This document shows, piece by piece, positions 60,001 to 64,000 of a stretch of 64,000 nucleotides of DNA. Both the position numbers and the translations under genes were made by a program. The notes below the pieces were generated by a model. The model was not told the origin of the DNA. It ran no database searches and saw only the letters and a list, made by a program, of their open reading frames with translations. Every line of letters starts with the position of its first letter. The stretch's first letter is position 1. Origin of the DNA: Amoebophrya sp. A120 (Eukaryota > Protista > Dinoflagellata). Where the stretch lies: the NCBI GenBank assembly GCA_905178155.1, contig CAJINV010000014.1:1-64000 (forward strand), written 5' to 3'.

Positions 60001-63000
60001 GCGGTACTCTTGTGAGGACATTTCCGAGGTGGACACCTGCCTCGCGTTCGCCTCTAGAAAACCAGTATTAGAGTTTACTGTGTCCACCTGGGACTTTCCC
60101 AAGATGAACAGCCGTTGGAGCACGACGCCGTCTTTTCCCGGGCGCACCTACTGAGAGGAAAAGTCTCCCCTCCCCATATCGAGCCGAAGTTTCTGCTGCT
60201 GGATTTGCGTACAAAAATCAGATCTGTCTTGCAGAAGCACGCGCCTGGCCGCATTTTCTGAGCCTGTTTGGGTATAATGCACAAGGCCAGCAAGAGCAAT
60301 TGCGCATGACAAACAGGTTTGCAGTAGTCGAAAGCGGGTGACAGACTTGCTCTGGAATGCGAATGCGTCAAATGTTGGCTCCTATAACAAACACTATACG
60401 CATGACAAAGATGATATTTGTGACCACAAATCAGCACCACAAATTTTCGTTTTGATATGGGGATGGGGGATTTATTTTCATTTTGATAGCACCGTGATTT
60501 TGTGCACTTGCCCATTGCCCCCCTCCGGGTCGTTCGGGTCATGCAGGTCGTATTCCACTACGTTTCCGGTCAGCCTTATGGATGTGTCAGAGTTGAAATC
60601 GACAAAGTTGAAATAATTTGCCATGCATAAAATGGATGCCAGTTGGAAGCCCAATTTCGAAGCGGTGCATGACAAATTATTCGAGCATCGGAATCCAATT
60701 TGTCATGCTGTTTGGGCACAGGCGACTGCTTTTGTCATGCTACTTTAGCAGCTCTATTTCAAACCCTAAACAGGCTGACAGTCGGCCTCACTTGCCATCC
60801 CGGCAAGACAGGCACTTCATGCCTTGCATTTTATGCATGACAAATTATTTCAACTTTGTCGATTTCAAACCTGACACATCCATAAGCCTGTCTGTGGCGT
60901 AGCTGTTGTTGTACTTATTCAGATCGCTAGGATAGGTATCCAAGAAAAAAACTTCGTTACTCGATATAACACAATAAACGCCCCCAAACAAAATAAAACT
61001 GGTTTCGCTATGGGCAGCAGGGCACTTCCGCATTCCAACTTTCCAAGTGCTAGAGCTATCAGGCGGTCATCTGTCGTGTGTTGACTCTTCTCCCAGGTGG
61101 TGACTGTTTGGCATATCGCGCCAGGCCACTGCACAACCCTAACTACTTAAGCTAGCGCTGCGCCCCCGTCGGCCCTTGACTTCACGAAAGTCTGCGGTCC
61201 TTGACTTCAACCAAGACCGGCTCCTAAAGATTTCCTAAGGGGCCGGCTTTGGAAAAAGTTCGGGAGGCTGGGCTTTTATCAATTCTGGCGCCGGAACTGG
61301 AAAAAGCTCAGAAACGAAGAAACGCCCTGAACTTTTTCGAAAGGGCGCGGCCCCAAGCACTATCTGGGTGGCTTTAACACGTGCCGGGGCACGGCCGGAG
61401 TGCGGCCCTTTTTTCGGTGTCTGCGTCTACTTGATTCCCGGCAAAAATTGCTCGGGTTCTCAAGAAGCCGCGCCGTTTTTTTTTTGGTGCGCCGCAGTCA
61501 TCACCCCGAGGGAATGCTAGCTGGGCTGGCATGCCGGAAAAGAGGGCCGCACCACTCTCCACCCAGATCCGTGGCGTAGCTGTTGTTGTACTTATTCAGA
61601 TCGCTAGGATAGGTATCCAAGAAAAAAACTTCGTTTATCAAACAAAAATCTGTTATCGTTATCGGATTGGAATTTGCTGGCAAATGCCAAATTTTTTTTA
61701 AGTTAAGCTACTGACTTAGCTACCTCAACTATGTATGATTTTGAACCACTTGCGTGCATTTGGCCAAGCGCCGCACCGAAGCCTGGATCATGTCGAGCCC
61801 ATTCTGCCGGACCGTTTCGAGCTGCGCGCCAACCCTCCCAGGTGGATGCGATTTGCTCAGCTTCCGGCAGTGCAAGTTGGAAGCTTGTTTTGGGCTCATA
61901 AAGATCAATTTGTAATGCGGACCTGCGTCACCGCCGCGTCACGTTTTTGACATGGGAGAAGTGCTGCCGTGCCCACTGCATCACGCAGGTAGATGCCCAG
62001 AAATAAGGTCTTTTTGGGTGCTCTGGTTGCCGCCCAGTCGTTGATGATGAAATCTGCCCACCATCCCGTGGCCACCATCGTCGCCGGGCTCTGGCCTGAG
62101 AAATTACAGGAAATAGGATGGCGCGCGGACTATAAAAGTGACCAAAAAGTTTCGATGTTATCGGTTTCGGCCAGGGCCTCGGGGATCTGGCCAATCTGGC
62201 CAGCAAAAGTGGCCACTTTTCCGAAGCCTCCGGGCAAACCGATAACAAGCACCCTTTTTGGTCACTTTTATAGTCCGCGTGCCGTCGTGCTTCGTGTCTG
62301 TTATCGGTTTCGGCTTGGCCACCCCCCCGAAACCGATAACAGAGCAGGGCTTTGCTCAGTTTATCGGGCCCGTGCCGTCGTGATAAAAATCTGTTATCGG
62401 TTGCCCTTTTGACATCGCGCCAAAGCGAGCCTGCGCGAAGTAGACCCATAAACTTGAGCTAGCCACGACCTGAGTCGGACCTTAGAAGCTGTCTGGCATG
62501 ACACCAGGCGCGAACCTGTTGCATGTTCTCCTGCATTACTACAGAGTTAATACATATTTGCACAGTTTTTTTCTTGCATAACAGGTCTGAGAGGACCCAC
62601 AGCCGTCGGTGAAGGCAGCGGATGGAATTTGGCTCCACGAAGTCTCCGAGTTCACCTTGATCCACATCAGGTCGTTGTCGGTCGCGCTATGAAAATTGTC
62701 GCTGTGAATGCCTGACCCGTCGAGCGACTTGGAGAGGTCCGTGTCCGGGGGCGGGCTCCCGCGGACGCGGGCGACCACTTGTAGTCTCTTGTCCGCTGGG
62801 GCAGATCCCACGGTCATGAAATAAAACTCGGCCTCGCTCTGCGTCAGCTGCTCGTCGCAATGGTGCACGGGGTCGGCGACTAGATGGCACTGATCGATGT
62901 CATATCCTGTCCAACCTGTCTCAATGGTATTTTCTTGCTTCAGGCACCCCGGTCGCATCAGGTAGCACTTTCGTTTTCCGCTCTCCGCACTATCCTCGAG

Positions 63001-64000
63001 GAAGAACGAGGCGCAGTCGTGTGTTTGCGCGCACAAGTACCGGCACTGGTCCAGGTTATAGTTATGGAAGCGTCAGGATTGAAATCGTCAAAGTTGAAAT
63101 AGTTTGTGACGCATAAAATGCAACCCACAAAATGCCTGTCTTGCAGAGTAGGCAAGGGAGGCAGATTGCAAGCCTGTTGAGGGGTAGACATAGAGCTGCT
63201 AAAGCAGCACGACAAACGGCGTCTCCCTTACCCAAACAGCACTACAGACTGGATTTCGGTTCTACCCAAATTTGTCATGCTTTGCTTAGAAACTGGGCTC
63301 CAACTGGCATGCGTTTTCTGCATCACGAATTATTTCAACTTTGACGATTTCAATCCTGACACTCCCATAATAGTTGCGGTCCTCGTACATGCTGACGAGG
63401 ATGGTCGCATCATAGTCAGGTGGTGAGTCATCACCATTTTATCAAATGCAAAAATGTAGTGTCGGTCTGGAAACCTGTGATGCTAATAAAGCGTAGATGG
63501 CGGAAGAACTGCTTCTCTTCCGAATGCAGCACTACAGCATGACAACTTTCCAGAGCGCTTTGTTCTCATACGCAATCCGCATAAGAAGCTGCCTTTTTGC
63601 ATGAAAACAGTGGCTGCCACTTTTGTTGGTTCTGCAATATAGGTTTTCTTCCTTTCCAGGAGTGTTGAGCTAGCATTACAAGTCCACTTTTCCAGACCCA
63701 GACGCATTTGCATTCGATACTTCTTTATACAATTTCTCATCCGCGTACGCCCCCCCGGGTAGACACAGGCCCTACTACAGCGAAAAATGCCCCCACCCCA
63801 TTGCTGCGGCGCCTGCCGTGCTACTTCGGTGACACGTGACTGCGTCCTGCTGTCCGCTGACAGTGCTACCGCTGCTTCCCCCAGTGATGCCACCTACGGA
63901 CAAAACACGGGGACACGATTGCGGCCTCCAAGTGCCGCCCCCGGGGTCCGTCTGTGCTTGTAGTGCAGGAGCCTATGCTGACGCATCGGGAGAGGGTAGG
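36068..64000 (-). CDS. Gene 3 (5'-incomplete): giant PAN/apple + F-type lectin (fucolectin-like) + Cys-rich protein with 47 introners in the window
   Basis: Stop TAG at 36068-36070 after GGGGDG|KTETY. Junctions checked over most of 36068-53800 are in frame. Motifs include CSHT..GWWRVEF..IWNRGDCCRQRL and PAN modules such as ECQDFCRRYADCTGFVF and ECRDWCAENPDCAG. Confidence 0.82.
36090..36297. mobile_element. Introner family B
   Basis: DR TTCCA. Confidence 0.92.
36368..36620. mobile_element. Introner family J
   Basis: DR CCGGG. Confidence 0.9.
36738..37043. mobile_element. Introner family I
   Basis: DR TCTGC. Confidence 0.92.
37139..37400. mobile_element. Introner family A
   Basis: DR TCGGA. 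Confidence 0.92.
37979..41922 (-). CDS. LINE ORF2: AP endonuclease + reverse transcriptase, frameshifted near 40160
   Basis: APE motifs GTWNV, TQES, CYAPT, GDFNA, YDHIFV, SGHRLV. RT motifs KKGDK..NYRPIALL, FADFLKAFDS, GIRQGSSLSPLLF, FVDD, FTYLG. Confidence 0.92.
42652..43841 (-). CDS. LINE ORF1-like frame with no recognised domain; open to the element's 5' junction
   Basis: 376-aa ORF inside the TSD-bounded element, with a basic C-terminus and no ATG at its 5' end. Confidence 0.7.
44259..44511. mobile_element. Introner family A
   Basis: DR GGGGT. Confidence 0.9.
44645..44917. mobile_element. Introner family A (left end CCT)
   Basis: DR TGCTG. Confidence 0.85.
44950..45102. mobile_element. 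Introner family C
   Basis: DR AGCAA. Confidence 0.88.
45143..45460. mobile_element. Introner family B
   Basis: DR AGCCC. Confidence 0.92.
45518..45827. mobile_element. Introner family I
   Basis: DR CCCGT. Confidence 0.92.
45866..46088. mobile_element. Introner family F
   Basis: DR GCTGG. Confidence 0.92.
46159..46480. mobile_element. Introner family H
   Basis: DR GGGGG. Confidence 0.9.
46627..46832. mobile_element. Introner family K (inverted relative to 28352-28560)
   Basis: DR TTACC. Confidence 0.92.
46912..47303. mobile_element. Introner family A variant
   Basis: DR GTCCT. Confidence 0.88.
47424..48416. mobile_element. Introner family A with nested SINE-like copies and a J-family fragment
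   Basis: TATCAAATGCAAAT inverted repeat; DR TTGAT/TGGAC. Confidence 0.8.
48423..48710. mobile_element. Introner family A
   Basis: DR GGACC; starts 6 bp after the previous element. Confidence 0.88.
48785..49031. mobile_element. Introner family E
   Basis: DR ATCCG/GTCCG. Confidence 0.85.
49048..49156. mobile_element. Introner family G
   Basis: ATCCAGGAAAAAACACCCATCCCCATCCA perfect inverted repeat; DR GGATG/GGATC. Confidence 0.9.
49157..49534 (-). CDS. Gene 3 exon: F-type lectin domain with an intact fucose-binding-type motif
   Basis: CSHT...WWRVEF...NRGDCCRQRL matches the H...RxDCCxxR signature of fucolectins. Confidence 0.85.
49535..49773. mobile_element. Introner family E
   Basis: DR CGCAC/CACAC. 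Confidence 0.88.
49888..50438. mobile_element. Introner family A variant (related to 46912-47303)
   Basis: TIR present; DR decayed; frame restored. Confidence 0.8.
50505..51021. mobile_element. Introner family M
   Basis: TATCCTGTGTAAAAACG perfect inverted repeat; shares the internal GGTGTTTATGTACTGGAA repeat with 32658-33526. Confidence 0.88.
51277..52696. mobile_element. Introner family D containing a Helitron-like insert
   Basis: Imperfect TIR with a GTTACGTGGA core; removal restores ADGKAHSL|.SMRIWNR. Confidence 0.72.
51346..52420 (-). mobile_element. Non-autonomous Helitron-like element
   Basis: Minus strand reads A|TCTATAA...GGCGGGCGC-GGA-GCGCCCGCC hairpin...CTAG|T; no TSD. Confidence 0.7.
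52776..53001. mobile_element. Introner family L
   Basis: DR AGGGA. Confidence 0.88.
53108..53386. mobile_element. Introner family A
   Basis: DR TTCGC. Confidence 0.92.
53393..53537. mobile_element. Introner family C
   Basis: DR TCGCT; starts 6 bp after the previous element. Confidence 0.92.
53583..53807. mobile_element. Introner family F
   Basis: DR CTTCC. Confidence 0.9.
54273..54534. mobile_element. Introner family A
   Basis: DR CTCCC. Confidence 0.9.
54618..54896. mobile_element. Introner family M (TGT...GTA ends)
   Basis: GTAAAAACGT.CCCAC.CCAGAGT inverted repeat; DR CGGCA. Confidence 0.85.
54956..55170. mobile_element. Introner family E
   Basis: DR TTTCG. Confidence 0.92.
55271..55527. 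mobile_element. Introner family J
   Basis: DR TCTGC. Confidence 0.9.
55707..56012. mobile_element. Introner family A (degenerate)
   Basis: TATCAAATG...CAATGCATA; DR ACCCG/GCCTG. Confidence 0.65.
56047..56300. mobile_element. Introner family E
   Basis: DR TCCGC. Confidence 0.9.
56352..56658. mobile_element. Introner family B
   Basis: DR TCCGC. Confidence 0.92.
56695..56841. mobile_element. Introner family C
   Basis: DR TAGAT/TACAT. Confidence 0.85.
56901..57222. mobile_element. Introner family H (ends ACA)
   Basis: DR CCCGC. Confidence 0.88.
57479..57808. mobile_element. Introner family H
   Basis: DR TCGTA. Confidence 0.9.
57897..58114. mobile_element. Introner family F
   Basis: DR AAGCT. 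Confidence 0.9.
58152..58432. mobile_element. Introner family B
   Basis: DR CCAAT/CAACT. Confidence 0.8.
58552..58715. mobile_element. Introner family C
   Basis: DR TGCGC/TGGGT; frame restored. Confidence 0.8.
58933..59185. mobile_element. Introner family E
   Basis: DR TACGG/TACGT. Confidence 0.85.
59426..59593. mobile_element. Introner family C
   Basis: DR TGCAG/CGCAG. Confidence 0.88.
59660..60006. mobile_element. Introner family H
   Basis: DR TTCTT/CTCTT. Confidence 0.8.
60149..60488. mobile_element. Introner family H
   Basis: DR GCACC. Confidence 0.88.
60577..60884. mobile_element. Introner family B
   Basis: DR AGCCT. Confidence 0.92.
60937..62580. mobile_element. Introner family F expanded to 1.6 kb by nested sequence
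   Basis: TATCCAAGAAAAAAACT / AGTTTTTTTCTTGCATA; DR ATAGG/ACAGG. Confidence 0.8.
61571..61635 (+). repeat. Exact 65-bp duplicate of 60894-60958 (exon plus introner end)
   Basis: Direct comparison of the two sequences. Confidence 0.92.
63063..63369. mobile_element. Introner family B
   Basis: DR ATAGT. Confidence 0.92.
63440..63719. mobile_element. Introner family A
   Basis: TIR present; DR CATTT/CTTCT. Confidence 0.82.

Noticed and set aside
5955-63893. Plus-strand ORFs antisense to the exons, and ORFs with recurring peptides such as MSGSGR, PDPDIFAFD, QTQTFLHL and KNPPSPY
   Set aside because: These are antisense shadows of GC-rich exons or translations of introner TIRs.

Overview
This window is eukaryotic genomic DNA, so the ORF track is misleading: genes are broken into many exons. 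It holds three minus-strand genes. Gene 1 (5729-26598) encodes a ~4,100-aa adhesin/lectin-like protein with F-type-lectin/discoidin-like, PAN/apple and two kringle domains. Gene 2 (28169 to ~34100, 5' end not found) encodes a J-domain (DnaJ) protein. Gene 3 (36068 to beyond 64000) is a second giant PAN/F-type-lectin gene related to gene 1. About 85 short transposon-like introns ('introners') from ~13 sequence families, labelled A-M here, interrupt these genes. Nearly all start TAT and end ATA, carry family-specific terminal inverted repeats (TIRs), and are flanked by a 5-bp direct repeat (DR). At every junction I translated by hand, removing the element plus one DR copy restored the reading frame, and most junctions cannot form GT-AG. 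This matches the non-canonical introners described in the parasitic dinoflagellate Amoebophrya; the organism is inferred, not verified. Unusual cases: two net 1-nt exons between back-to-back introners, a 9-nt TATA+DR remnant carrying an in-frame stop, one introner apparently converted to GT-AG, and an intron-less paralogous copy of one junction. Other elements sit inside introners: a 6.3-kb RTE-like LINE, a Helitron-like element, a TIR element and a SINE-like repeat. A 4.4-kb foldback element lies just after the stop codon of gene 1. Coordinates were counted by hand and may be off by a few bases.
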